A stretch of 63,563 nucleotides of DNA, filler included, from Ginglymostoma cirratum (Eukaryota): the NCBI GenBank assembly GCA_024137785.1. It is 3 parts of 3 records of this genome, joined end to end, with 100 filler letters (N's around TTAATTAATTAA, not from the genome) between each part and the next. Parts side by side here need not be neighbours in the genome. Positions count along the whole stretch, not along the records: positions 1 to 30,152 come from JAHRHZ010000085.1; 2 more parts are not named here. One strand, given 5' to 3'. A program made the translations under genes and the position numbers. Every line of letters starts with the position of its first letter. The stretch's first letter is position 1. Shown here in pieces: positions 1-12,559 of the stretch. The notes below the pieces were generated by a model. The model ran no database searches and had not been told where the DNA came from. It was given only the letters and a program-made list of their open reading frames with translations.

Positions 1-17
1 ACCGAGACCAAAACTCT

Positions 18-158
18 AAACAAAAGAAAACAGAAAGAACTGCAGAAGCTGGAAATCAGAAACAGAAACAGAAATTGCTGGAAAATCCCAGCCAGTCCGT
101 CAGCACTTGTGGAGACAAAACAGCGTTAACATAGCAGATCCAGTGACCATTCTTCAGA
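18..158 (-). mobile_element. Short Penelope-derived (pLTR-like) element with degenerate hammerhead core
   Basis: Family motif ctgcaga(a/t)gctggaaatc...ttcttcagaa, flanked by an 11-bp direct repeat accaaaactct (7-17 and 159-169). Confidence 0.65.
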
Positions 159-633
159 ACCAAAACTCTGTTGAGCTCTTTTTAAGAATCTAATTGCGCC
201 AAAGATGTGTATTAAGGAAAACAATCCCACTGTTCCCACCCGGAGCTCATTGTAGTCCCAAACTAAAGTGTGTGATTGTTATGTTTGTTTTGAAGTAGCT
301 GTCACCATCTTTCTGTTTTATCAACATGTTCTCAGCTGATCACAAATACGTCCAGCTTTGCCCTTTCCATGAAGTTTAAGCGATCTACTGTTCTTGACTT
401 TCTCAGCGTCATTCATGTTCCGAGGAGTAATAAACGCACACCACAGCTGCAAATTGATTTTTTTTCAAGCTTCTCACAACTACAGCTTATTGTGCTGACG
501 GAGAGAAGATCCTTCATGGACAAATTGATGAAGCAATCCAGCTTGTGAAAGAGACAGCGTGCACACCATAAGTAATGATTTGCTGGAGTGTGTCTCTATG
601 AGTTAATAATAGAGCAAAGGGCATGGAATACAC

Positions 634-811
634 TCATGCAAATGGTGCATGAAGGAGGCTGTCATTATTGAGTTTACTTTCAGCTACAGGTCTATCATTC
701 AGAAGGAGTGTACCTTCTTGATAACGTTCCTGAAAAAATCTGTTCTCCCCCCTAGCATGGTATAGCTTGGTATTCACAAAGGAACCAGCAAAGCGGCCTT
801 GCAAATTGCAA
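634..811 (-). pseudogene. Candidate terminal cytoplasmic exon
   Basis: gtcag| phase-2 entry continues the 634..846 ORF frame to ...NNDSLLHAPFA*. Only phase compatibility supports it. Confidence 0.22.
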
Positions 812-977
812 CTGACAGTTAACAGTTTGAAACATCTGAACATCATGGGTTAAAAGTGAAAATATGTCTATTTTATGAGACTTTATACAAGTGTTTCAAA
901 TATCTCAATTTTTAGTGAAACGTATCATACAGCTAGATTGCAAAACAAAGCTGATGCAGCAAACAAAATAGTCTTAC

Positions 978-1090
978 CTTCCATTCTTGTTGGATTTTTT
1001 ATTTATTTTCTGCGTGCGTGGTGAGATACAAAATTTGTATGAGTTGACAAGAGAGTGTTGATGTTTGCATCTCTGCGCAAGCCAATGAAA
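978..1090 (-). pseudogene. Candidate cytoplasmic exon
   Basis: ttcag| open phase-0 frame FHWLAQRC...KKSNKNG |gtaaga. Phase matches the candidate TM exon donor, but the pyrimidine tract is poor. Confidence 0.3.
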
Positions 1091-1430
1091 CTGAATGTTT
1101 TTTTTGGGTGTAAGTTTTAAATTTGGCAAATATTTTTCAATATATCTCAATATCATGGAGATGAATACATTTATGAAATGAGATTTTATGAGTTGAAACT
1201 GCGGAAACACCTTTTTTAACTGAAGTTCACGCGTGCAGGTGTAACTCTGTAACGGTCCGATTCAAGTCTAATATTTGATTTGAAGCAAATCATGTGTTTT
1301 GACGTATTTTCACCTCCAATGGTTATTCTAATTGTCCAGTGCAGAATTTGGGATCCCTATTCTGTGAAACTTCATGGCAAATTTTCCTCAGTACCTGCCT
1401 GTTAAATATTTCATTTAACATGGATATTAC

Positions 1431-1543
1431 CATCCATATCGTTGAATATAATGAATAGAAACGCTTCCCGATCACAGTGGTGAGCATTATAATTGCAAAC
1501 GCAACACGGACATATCCAATGATCATAACCGCGTTGATTTTCG
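1431..1543 (-). pseudogene. Candidate transmembrane exon of the IgSF receptor
   Basis: KINAVMIIGYVRVAFAIIMLTTVIGKRFY: hydrophobic stretch followed by a KR stop-transfer, about 130 nt downstream of the last C1 exon. The phase-1 boundary reads tttgcat| (AT rather than AG); donor gtaata. Confidence 0.5.
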
Positions 1544-1675
1544 ATGCAAATGTTGTAAGGTTGATGTAAAAACAAAAGTAGAAACTGGAGCATAAAGCAG
1601 ACATAAACAGACCTGAATATCACATTCACAAACCATTGTTTTTTTTAATATTACGTCTTGGTCATAAGGTTGTAC

Positions 1676-1961
1676 ATTCTTTTGCAACAGTGTAACTGAC
1701 ATTTGCTGGAAATGAGCTCGAAACATGATCTCCTTGACAAATGTCAACAGTGCAGCACTCGCCTGGGCCTGACACATCGAAGGAGGTGAAAAACTCACAA
1801 CATCCGTTGCTGTTTACTTGTTCATTTCGAAATCCAACCAAGATTTTTGTATCATTTTTGTGCCAAGGAACACTGAAGTTATTTTGGTCATTGGCAGAAG
1901 TCCTGCAGAGATAAAGGTTTTTCTGACAATACTAGCACAATTTTCAAGTGATCTGGTGAAG
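1676..1961 (-). pseudogene. Degenerate Ig C1-set pseudo-exon
   Basis: gcag| SPDHLKIV ... frameshift ... LCRTSANDQNNFSVPWHKNDTKILVGFRNEQ ... DICQGDHVSSSFPANVSYTVAKE. 286 nt (not a multiple of 3), FYP motif lost, clearly paralogous to the other two C1 exons. Confidence 0.8.
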
Positions 1962-2300
1962 CTGCTTTGTAAATAATATAATTCAGATAAATCTAAACAT
2001 TAGTTTACGAATCCAAAACTTCAATTATTTAATGAACAAGCCATCTGTAAATCAGGGGCACGGTTTTTGCATTGGTAGTTGTTACTTGCTTGGAATAAAT
2101 AAGAAATTCATCTGACAGCAACACCCCTAATGCAATTGAGGCACCATTTCCAAGTCCAGAAAAAAATGTTTTCTATCTTATATAAATATTAATTGATGCA
2201 ATATGTTTGTGATTTTAATCTGCATTCTTCTCTTTGCAATCAGTTTGAAGCAGAATTCTAGATCTGCGAAACTGTGACAGCCATGGTCCAAACGAAGGGG
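1676..2300. repeat. Segmental paralog of 13950-14600 (C1 exon plus upstream intron)
   Basis: Colinear similarity, e.g. attcagataaatctaaacatt vs attcagataaatctgaacatt, and gcaccatttccaagt in both copies. Confidence 0.85.
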
Positions 2301-3469
2301 ACTCACATCATCCATCTTAATGACAAGAGAGAGGAACCACACACCAACTTATTTAGGTACAGAATTTATGCTATCTGTGATGCAATTACATAAGAACAGC
2401 ACATAATCAAAGAATGCCATGGGATAAAGGTATATCGCATCACCAATCGATTGAGTGGGGTACCTGCACATGTGAATTTTAACAAATTGCTGGCTTTCCT
2501 TGCTAAGCATCAGCAGATTAGTTATTATGTTACAACAGGACGAAATGGCTTCTTATGACAAGAAGCTGCCAGGGCTTACAGCAATGATCAATTCTACTAC
2601 AAATCAGACAGTTTAAAAACACTAACTATGCATCATTGGTGGGTCGTATCTCAGCAGTGGTCGTTGCAAGCTTCAGCAATACTCTCACTCTAATGGTATC
2701 CAATTGTTAGAAAATTGGAAATTGTTTGTTTCTTGTTTCTATGTATCTGTGTGATTGCCAATGAACTACATCACATGGAAAACTAACTTCCAGCTATTGA
2801 GCAATATGTACATGCTTCTATAAGGTTTTGATAATCGATTTTGAAGATATCAAAGTGTGGTGTGTAGTCTGGGCTTCACAGTTATATCCCCAAACCAGAC
2901 TATTCAGGGTTAATTGTTAAGGGTTAATTTCACCTGAAAATAGGCAATTGAAGTCAAAATGGAAAATGGGAAGATTAGTGTAAAACAGCCTGCTTTGGTT
3001 GGGAGGTAATGGCATGACTTTGGCTGGGTGGGAAACACAGTAACGTGTAATTAAAAAGGAACCGCCTGGAAGTCCTTTTCAGCCTGTTTTCTGCACAGTG
3101 GAATGCCAGAAAAAGTACAAGAACTACTATAAATTGGTGATACAGCATGGAACAGTAGATTCAAAATAGTATTAATATTGGAGAATTTGCTCCTTTCAAT
3201 GGACTTTAACTACAGGACTGGAGTTCGCGAGACTGTAGGGCCTGCGACAGAGCGCCAAATGCTGCCATCGCCAAAGTACCCCCGGTGAGCCGAAAGGCAG
3301 TTTGAGAATCATTTGTTTTATATATTTCAAAGCAGTTTAACCAAAGCATTTAATCTTAATAGATATCCATAATTTGAAATTACGACGATTCGTTCAGATT
3401 TAATGTATTTTAACTGAATAAACTAGCTATATAATGAGCACACATATCTTCTTGTAATCATATACATCA

Positions 3470-3975
3470 GACCATAAAGCATCCATTAGGTGCTTTCAAC
3501 CTAACAAGACAGAAAGATTTGATTGCACTGTGGAGGGTGCAGAGGAGGTTCACCTCTGAAGAGAGTTTGGAGAAGCACTGATTGGTTTCTTTGGAGCAAA
3601 GATAGTTGAAGCAAGTCCTGACTGAGGTGTATACAATTATGGAGACATGGGCAGGATGCAATAAAAGCAACTGTGCCACTTAGTTGAAGAGTCAACAATG
3701 AGAAGTCACAGTGTTTACAGGGAAAGGTAAGAGGTTCAGATAGAAACTGAGGATTTATTTTTCATTGAGAAGTCAATAGGTATCGGGGACACACTGCCTG
3801 GGAGGGTAGCTCAGGTGGGAATCCTCACAACCTTGAAGAAATGTACATAGATGAGCACTTAAAATGTCATAACATTCAACATATGGGCCAAGTGCTGTGC
3901 AATGTCATTCGTGTCGATCGGTTGGCTGCATTCAATGGGCTGAAGGGCCTGTTCCTGTCCTGTATAACCTGATGA
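3470..3975 (+). mobile_element. Degenerate CR1 3' fragment
   Basis: gagggtgcagaggaggttcacc, gacctgactgaggtgtataca-like and gggctgaagggcctgttcctgt motifs. Confidence 0.7.
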
Positions 3976-4305
3976 TATTTCTCCTTATCTCGTTGTCCCT
4001 CTTTAACATTTCCAGTTTTTGAATTTAATGCTGAATGCATTTTCGAAAGTGAATTACACCATTGTATTTAATCTAATTTTTGGCCCTCGCAATGACGACT
4101 ATCCACCATTGGCTGTACCCCACCTGATAATATCATACACACGTACGGAATAAACTGAAGAAAGGAAACCTTTAGCTATACAATAATGTCAAATTTCAGG
4201 ATTGACATAATCAAAGGGAATTAACTGTAGTAATCACTTTCTACTTTGTCAAACTTTTTAAACAATATCTGAAAGATTAACGTACAACGTGTCATACAAC
4301 TTTAC

Positions 4306-4611
4306 CTTCTTTCGGAACAGTGTAGCTGGCAGTTGCTGGAAATGAGCTTGAAACGTGGTAAACTTGACATATGTAGACTGTGTCACTTTTGGGTATATTT
4401 GGCACGTCCGTGGAGCTTACCACTTCATAAAGCTCCTCACCTTTTGCCTGTTTTACATTTCTAATTCCAGTGAAGATTTGTGTACCGTTTCTGTGCCAAG
4501 TAAGGTTAAAGTCTTCTGGATAAAAGCCAGATGTCCTGCATTGCAGCTTGAAAGAAGCAGATGACGGATCTTTGGACCGTCTCGTTACAATGTGTCGGGG
4601 AGCTGGTGAAG
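4306..4611 (-). CDS. Ig C1-set domain exon with open reading frame (may belong to a pseudogene)
   Basis: SPAPRHIVT...LQCRTSGFYPEDFNLTWHRNG...YEVVSS...YICQVYHVSS...YTVPKE: CxxxGFYP, W and YxCxVxH C1 signatures. Phase-1 donor G|gtaaag. The position homologous to the acceptor of the paralogous exons reads AT. Confidence 0.85.
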
Positions 4612-5139
4612 ATGCATTGTAAATAACAACATTTAAGTAAATGTGGGCATGAGAAGTCAACTCCAAAACTTAAAACGATTTATTGAACTAGCCAACTGTT
4701 ACTTCTAGGTATGGAAACTGCATTGATCGCCATTATTTATACTGGCAGGGATTGGTATAACTTTTATCAGGTAGGGACTTGTGGCATGTGTGGAATATTA
4801 ACGGGGATAGGGTACGATGCTCTTTGGAGTGTCATTGCATTACACAATAGGGATTTTATGATTCAAAGGCATTTGTAATTTAATTAGGGCTTGAAAGATT
4901 CCAAGACTTATTCAGTAACTGATGGAAAACATTCATTCAACATAATGAGTATTGAGGCTGAAATCAAGCTGGGTCCCCAGTTCTATGAGATAACAGTGTG
5001 CAACAAAGCCACCCAACTGGAATTTTGTGATGACATCGATACATAAACTGATAGAAGTATTTATTGAGATTGGAAGGGAAATAATCTAATTTGGAACTGG
5101 GATCCTAAATCTAATCAAAGGAGAGCACAGAATTGTGAA

Positions 5140-5309
5140 CGAACTGCAAATGCTGGAGAATATGAGATAACAAGGTGTAGAGCTGGATGATCGCAGCAGG
5201 CCAAGCAGCCAAGACTTTCTGAAGAAGGGTCTCGGCTCGAAACGTCAGCCTTCCTGCTCCTCTGATGCTGCTTGGCCTGCTGTCGTAATCCAGCCCGACA
5301 CCCTATTAT
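5140..5309. mobile_element. Penelope-derived inverted-arm element with hammerhead core
   Basis: Two inverted arms; CTGAAGAagggtctcggctcGAAACGTC at 5219-5246; 14-bp TSD cacagaattgtgaa (5126-5139, 5310-5323). Confidence 0.75.
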
Positions 5310-6079
5310 CACAGAATTGTGAAGAATGGTTTGACTGCAGTTGATGTGAAACTTCATTACATGGCATGATGGCAGATGAGCAATGGAAAACACGTAAGGA
5401 ATGAATGCAGGGTGTGCAACAGTGAGACATTTATATCTGATGCAAAACATATATCTCAGGAAAGTTGCAGCAGCAGTGGTTGGCAATATACATGCTTAGG
5501 AATGACATTAAATACCTCTGGAGGAGGTGGGACTTCAATGCTGTCTTCCTTGGCTGAAAAGTAGAACGCTACGACTGTGTTAAAAGAATCCTGGCACTCA
5601 TAAAAATACCAAAATCCCCAATTGAATAAATAATGAGGGCACTTAACAAAAAACCATTGACATGACATGAAGTTCACATGGTCTCCAAATGCGACTCATC
5701 TTCTATTAATCTGATAGTACTAAGTGATGACACAAGATACATTCAGTATTAAGTGAAACTTAAACACATGCAGGATTTCATGAGAATTTGATTAACAACA
5801 GAGACTGGTACCTGTGACGGTACATATTGACTATGGACTGAGTCAAGTTTTGGTGGACAGAATAATCCCAGTGATGACTGTAGACTAAACACCTGCTTTC
5901 TTTTATTTTCGCTCTCTTGAGATTGGTCAAAATACTCGGGCATTCAGCAGAAAATGCATCAACTCCATTTACTGCACGTGAGTGGACAGCATTCATCTGG
6001 AGCTTATTTTCCCCTCAAGGAAGCTTCTCAAGAACAACAGTCAGCTCAAAATAAGGAACATATGACATCAGAGATTAAT

Positions 6080-7330
6080 AGTAGCATCCTTCCAAAGAAT
6101 TGTCAGAGAGAAGTTAGCCATTAGACACAGCCAGCTGTACTGGGGAGACTGACATTTATACCATTGTAATTGACCAGAACCATGCGATCGCCAGTGTTCT
6201 TGTGGCTGGCATGACTGGGCAAATAGAGAGGGTTTTAAGCTAAATAGCAGGAGCAACAGGTCACATGTAGAAAGATGGTGTCTATCACAGGGCAAAGACG
6301 AGTGGAGAGAGGAAATTAAGAACAATGTAAATGAGCTTCAGAGAAAGGCACAAAGGGCAAAGAGAGAGAAAGAGGAATAAATTGCCAGTCAAGACTAGAT
6401 GTTACAAAGTTGACAAAAAGGAATAAGCTGAAGAACATATGCTTGGATTTATCATTTTGTCCTTCAAAAAATAAGTAAGTTCAGATCGCACATAAACAGA
6501 AATAATTATAATTTTATACCCATTGTGGTGACAGAGCGGACAAGTATTGAACACCATATATTTTGAAAAACGGAACACACACTAAGATTGGGAAATGAGC
6601 TGATGGTGATGGATGTAAATCATGACTACCAGATCATGGATGCTATCTGTGCAACAGCCAGAGATCACACTTATTCAGGGAATCAGGATGATAAATTTAT
6701 TTGGGTAGAAATTAGGAATTGTAGAGAAGAAATCAACAGACGAGGAGTCTATAAAATACTGAAAAGTCATTAATTGAGACAAAACATACAAGATGAAATA
6801 TTGGTGTTTGTGATTGGGGACATCAGTAATAATGTGTGATTTTAATCACATCAAATTAAACAAAAATATTGAAGTGAGGTTGAACAAGTTTTGCCTATAG
6901 CCATTGGAGTTTAGAAAAGTAAGGCTATATATCTTTCATATGTACACAACACTGAGGGGCCTAACTGGATGGATACAGAACAGAGGCTTCCTCCCATGCT
7001 GGAGACTTGCATTCGGCCAAGCAATTTAAAATTAAAAGATCTCAATTCAAAGGCTGATATGGTGTTTTGTTTTGCTCATGGTCACAGGGTCTGTAGCCCT
7101 TTAAGTTCTCTTCAATAAAAGAGTTGAGGTGTGACAATTACATTTATTCAGCAGGCTTTAATTAGGTTTTGGTACAGTTGGAGTCTCTGATTTGTGTGTC
7201 TGCTGCAAAGGAAACTGGAGTTTGGGACCATAACTAGATGAGATAAGATCTCATCAAATGAGTGGACTCAACTCGAAGGACTGAATTTTTCAATCCTCCA
7301 TGAAATTCTCATGTTCGTACTTCCTATATT
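6080..7330 (+). mobile_element. Old, internally deleted CR1 copy
   Basis: ORF1-end remnant, IWVEIRN endonuclease remnant (about 6700) and 3' UTR remnant. Confidence 0.6.
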
Positions 7331-9449
7331 CCTTTGCATGACTGATACATGACAAGGTGAATCTAGTAATTAAATTATTCATGACTTATAATTTGTAAGA
7401 TCTTCAATACATACAGAATTAGAGTCATTTTGCTACAAACTATGTAAAAATCCAAATCATTGGCAAACTGGGTCAACAATTTCAATACCTAACCCATTGT
7501 ACAATATTCAGTGTTCAATATTTATTTCAGGTTGGCTCCAAACTTTGGCAGTGTTGATGGCGGTGGTGGTGTTCCTGCTGTTTGTGGTATTGTTGGTGGT
7601 GGGAGAGGATTGTTGTGGTTGGCGTTGGTGCTGAGGGAATGCCTTAATCTAAGCTGTAATGCGAGAAGCCGTGGAAGAGGAGAATCAGCAAGTCGAAGCA
7701 CGGGAATATGGGAAGCTGTGAGAGGAAGGCATGGAGGAAAGTAAAAGACAAAGCAACCCATTTGCTTCAGAGCATAACAAGTTGTACATTGTCTGTACGA
7801 TTCCAAAATTCATACTCAAATTCCCCATTCACAATGGTCCAAAACTTCTTTCCCTCTGTTGCCCCAGCGCAGCTGATAATAATCAGGGCCACAATGCAAA
7901 ACGAACACTCACCAGAAAATAAACATTGCAAATGACATTGATAATTTAATTTATGTCCACTTGTATCAACCATCTACAAATTACATTTGCTCATGACCTT
8001 AATTTTGTTCTAATTTGAGTCATTTGCTGTCTCAGTTTGGGTATTCAGTGTTAACGCATTGCTGTCATAAGTGTTTGTTGAAAGACTTTAATTTTCAGCA
8101 GATATGACTGAGCATAGAGCAGGGGACAGCATGGAAGAACCTTGAATGCACTGCTCTAGACTGCTGAAGATAATTACCTGCATCAATAGACTGCAATTCG
8201 TGATGGATAAGAAACATCAAGGACACAAGCGGCAAAACTCAGATTGAACCAATGAGCTCAGAAGCTGAAGACTTCATTGAACAACCAAAAAGGTCTGGTC
8301 TGAGTCTTAGATTAACAAGTTATCAGAGACTCAGTTTTAGCCTGACTCACTCGAGTAACAATAAAAGTGATTAGTCACTGCATTATGTGACGTGTCATGT
8401 TGGTCACCCACACTTCCAAGTGTACTGAGCTTATCCTTGTGCACAACTATCAGACTATTTCTCAAAACTACTCTGGAAGGATGAAGAAAACTGAAAAAAT
8501 CAGGCCACAGTTCGATGGCAGTGAAGAGCAGAGATATGCGGATGTGCCATCTGCAGATTGCAGATTGTCAGAAGATTTTCTGGCGTGTACATAACATGTA
8601 ATTTGTGAAAGCAGATAATGTAAGAGGAGGGATGACATTGAATGTCTGCAGTCTCATTGCTGGCTTCAGCATGAGGATTCTATCTTCTGAGCAAAGGCCA
8701 GATGTTTCAGCGCAGTTAATACATACTGACATGTCTGTACATTGTGGTTAGTTTCACTTTTATTTGCTTTTACCTGGGTTTGAATCCTGCCGTGAGAGAT
8801 GGTTGAATTCAAGGTCATTTAAAAATTCTGGAATTAAGTGTTTATAACGACCATGAAACAATTACCAGAAGTCATAAAAGTGTCATTAAAAAATGATAAA
8901 AGTTCATAAATGTCCTTCAGGGCAGGAAACTGCATACATCTGACTCCAGCCACACAGCAATGTGGATGACTCTGAAGTGCCCTCTGGGCAATTAGAGATG
9001 GGCAGTAAGTGCTGACCGAGCCTGCTCACAGCTCATGAATCAACAATAAACTTCCCTGCGTGACAGAGGGAATCTTGGCCATTGAATCGTGCAAAACTGT
9101 GGATTTGAGAATCAGACATGAACGAATAATCAGCACCATGTACATGAAATGCTCATAAGTATCTAATGTGCGTAATGCATCTGAAGTGCTGAAGTAAATG
9201 CATTTTATTCCTTCTTTATCCATTCATGATGGGTGGTCCTCAGTCGGTGAGCCAACAATTATTGTCCATCTCAGGTACCCAACAGAAGTATGGATTGAAG
9301 TAAGATTCTTGAATGACGACAGTTCATTGTGCATCTGTAGACACAAAGTACTTGTATGAATTCATAGATGTCAACAGTGTGGAAGAAAGCCATTTGGCAT
9401 ATTGACTCCACACCAGCCCTCCAAAGAACTTCCCACTCCAGAACCATCA

Positions 9450-9792
9450 CTATAATCTTGCATTTCCCATGACGAATCACCTAACCTACACATCACTGGA
9501 AACTATGGGAAATTTACCATGGACAATCCACCTAAACTGCACATCTTTAGACTGTGGGAGGAGACCAGAGCACTTGGAGGAAACCCATAGAGTCATGGGG
9601 AAAATGTGCAAACTCCACACAAAGTTTGACATTTAACACCACATGCTTGCCCTGCTCTTTCCTTCACAGATACTGCCAGAACTGCTGAGCTTTTCCAGCA
9701 ACTTCTATTTTTGTTCCACACAGTCACCAAAGGGTGGAATCAGATCCAGGTCCCTGGTACTGTGAAGCAGCTGCGCTATGCACTGAGCCACC
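9450..9792 (-). mobile_element. HE1-type SINE interrupted by a Penelope-derived arm (about 9625-9716)
   Basis: caatccacctaaactgcacatcttt and gcaaactccacac blocks on the reverse strand. Confidence 0.75.
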
Positions 9793-10379
9793 CAAGGTGT
9801 CTTCAGGAAAGAGAGTTTATGGCCACTGACCAAGCAACACTGAAGGAACTGAGATAACTTTCCAAGTCAGATGGGGGGGTGGCTTGGATGGCAATTTACA
9901 GGCAGTTGTGTTCCCATGTATCTGCTGCCTTGTTATTTTAGATAGTAGTCATGATGGATTTGGAAAGTGATCTACAAATGTTCCTTGATTTGTCGGTGGA
10001 ATTGTCCAAGTTTTACCACATTTGCAGATGAAATGTTTCAATAAATGAGGACTTGTGAATGGAGCTGTACATTGTGCAATTATCAGTGAACAGCCGTAAC
10101 ACTGGTGCAATAGGGGAGAGAAGGTAAATGACGAAGCAGGTGAAGATGTTTGGGCCTTGGACATGAACCCAAGGACTACCTGGAATGATATCCTGCAGCT
10201 GAAATTTCACAAACTGAGCCATATTCCTTTGTGCTAATATAACTCTGATCAGTGGAGATTACCCCGATTCCCTTTAACTCCAGTTTTGCTTGAGCTCCTT
10301 GATGCCAAACCTAGTCAAATGTGGCCTTGATGTCAAGGGCAGTCACTCTTTCCTCACCTTCAGACTTTTATCTCCATTG

Positions 10380-10968
10380 AGTCTTGAAGCACAGAAACAG
10401 AGCCTTCAGTCCAACATGTCCATGCCAATCAAATTTCACAAAGTAAACTGATACCATTTACCTGCATTTGGCTCAGATACTCTAAACCTTTACTATTTAT
10501 GTACCTGTCCAAATGTCTTTTAAATGTTGTAAATGTCCTTGCATCTGTCACTTCTTCTGTCAACTTATTCCATCTGTGAACGTCACTCTCTGTAAAACAA
10601 AGGGCCCTTTAAATGTTTCTGATCTCAACTTAAAATTATGCCATTTAGTTTTGAACTCCCATACCCGAAGGAAAAGACCTCTGCTATTTGCCTCATCTTT
10701 GTCCCTCAAAACTTTATAAACCTTTAAAAAGTCACTCCCCCAACCTCTTGAGCTACTGTGCAAAATGTCCAACCCTACCCAGCTTCTCCTCGTAACTCCA
10801 ACCTTCCAGCCCCAGAGACATCCGTGTAAATCTTTTCTGCGCACTCTCCTATTTTAATAATATCCTTCCACAACTATACACAGTAATCTAAAAGTGGCTG
10901 CACCAATCTCCTATTTTAATAATATCCTTCCACAACAATACATAGTAATCTAAAAGTGGCTGCACAAA
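10380..10968 (-). mobile_element. CR1 3' fragment with a 62-bp tandem duplication (10845-10906 / 10907-10968)
   Basis: KVYKVLRDKD...FKTKWHNFKLR CR1 C-terminal remnant; tctcctattttaataatatccttccacaac...aaagtggctgcac occurs twice. Confidence 0.8.
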
Positions 10969-11068
10969 TGTCCCAGAAACCTGATCAAAGTCTTTAATAA
11001 GGTCAAGAGTTGAGTGGCCCTGGTGGAACTTGAACTGAGCCTCACTGAGCCAGCTATTGACAGACCAG

Positions 11069-11200
11069 AGACAACAAGGTGTGGAGCTGGATGAACACAG
11101 CAGGCCAAGCAGCATCATAGGAGATGCTTGGCCTGCTGTGTTCATCCAGCTCCAGACCTTGTTACCTCGGATTCTCCAGCATCTGCAGTACCTATTATAT
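11069..11200. mobile_element. Penelope-derived hairpin element
   Basis: Near-perfect inverted arms (gagctggatgaacacagcaggccaagca / tgcttggcctgctgtgttcatccagctc); 15-bp TSD ctattga(c/t)agaccag (11054-11068, 11201-11215). Confidence 0.75.
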
Positions 11201-12559
11201 CTATTGATAGACCAGTGCAGTTTGATAACTCTGTCGATGTCAGCTTGCATCTATTTACAGCTGAGTGAGACTATCCTGAAAGGGCAGTAATTGGGTCGGC
11301 TGGATTTATACTGTGACCCTTCCTCAAAGTAAAATAAAATCTTCATCTTTGTCCTAAAATGTAGCACTTATTCTGAAAACTGCATCGCTCGATCTGGACT
11401 CTCCCACAGGAGGAAAGATCCTTTCCGTTTCCACCTTTTTAAGACCATTCAGGATCTTTAATCAAGTTGTCTCTCACTCTTCCAAATCCCCGTGCCAACA
11501 AGTCGGAGCTATCCCAACTATCCTCATAGGACAACCAGCTCATTGCAGGTACAAAACACAAAGAATAATAGTGAAACTCAGCAGGTCTGGCAGCATCTGT
11601 GAAGAGGGAAAGAGAATGAACATTTTGAATCTGGTGTGACTTCTTCAGTTTTTCCGCAGCACTGCCAAACCCTTTGTGTTTGTGCAGAATTTCAGATTTT
11701 ATTCCTTTGAATTTTCCACATTGTCTGGCAGAATCTCGTGATAAAGCTGTATTTGAACAACTTGTCTTGGGATCCCACCACATCTGGAGCACACCTCTTC
11801 AGTGCTATTGCTGAACTGTTCTCAAGGACATTAATTTTGGCAGCATTCAGTGATATCATGTGAAGTGAACTGAATTAGCGAAGGCTAGCATCTTTGATGC
11901 TTTAGATCTCTGGTTGAGGATGATATGCTCATCCACTTAGCACTTCTGGCTGAAGTTTATTGCAAATGATTTCAACGTCAACTTTTGCACGAATGTGTTG
12001 GTCTCCAACATTATTAAGCGTGAGAATATTTGTGGAGGCTCCGACTCCAGTCAGTTGTTTCATTGTTTGACACATTTCACAACCAGGTGTGACAGTCCTG
12101 TAAAGTATACGCCTGGCTGTTCACTGTGGAATTGACGATCCGTGTCTATCAGTTGCTGCATATGCCATTTGCCACACAAGCATTCCGACCTGCCACAGAA
12201 CGATTGGGATATTGTTCAGGAATGTAGGCAGTGAGCTCTGGGGTATTTCAAGTAAGTTGACACAGAAAATAGTTGAAAATCATCATAAAGATGCTTGCAA
12301 GTTTCACTTTGTAATGGCAGAGGACCATTGTCATACATCACTGCCTGTGCCCCTCCTGAGTTTCTCTAAAATAGACCTGACTCTATTCATACAATTGCCT
12401 TAAAGAATAACTCAATTCATAACGGTGTTTGTTTAATCTTGTCATCTTCACTGCCACTTTGGCAGATTCTCCAGATTGTTTCAAAAACACTTCTCTTCGA
12501 TTTTTATTTTATTAACCATGCAACAATTAACTTTTTGAATCAATCTAACTCGGTAGTGT

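Larger units (their letters stand above)
9215..12190 (-). mobile_element. Fragmented minus-strand LINE of the same family, interrupted by HE1, CR1 and Penelope-derived insertions
   Basis: Reverse strand of about 10315-10350 encodes VTALDIKATFD; further colinear remnants at about 9220-9345, 9800-10360, 10975-11310 and 11740-12190. Confidence 0.55.

Noticed and set aside
3240-3300. Minus-strand YFGDGS resembling a J-segment FGxG motif
   Set aside because: No valid heptamer/nonamer upstream (CACCGGG only, no nonamer), no T-x-L-x-V continuation and no GT donor.
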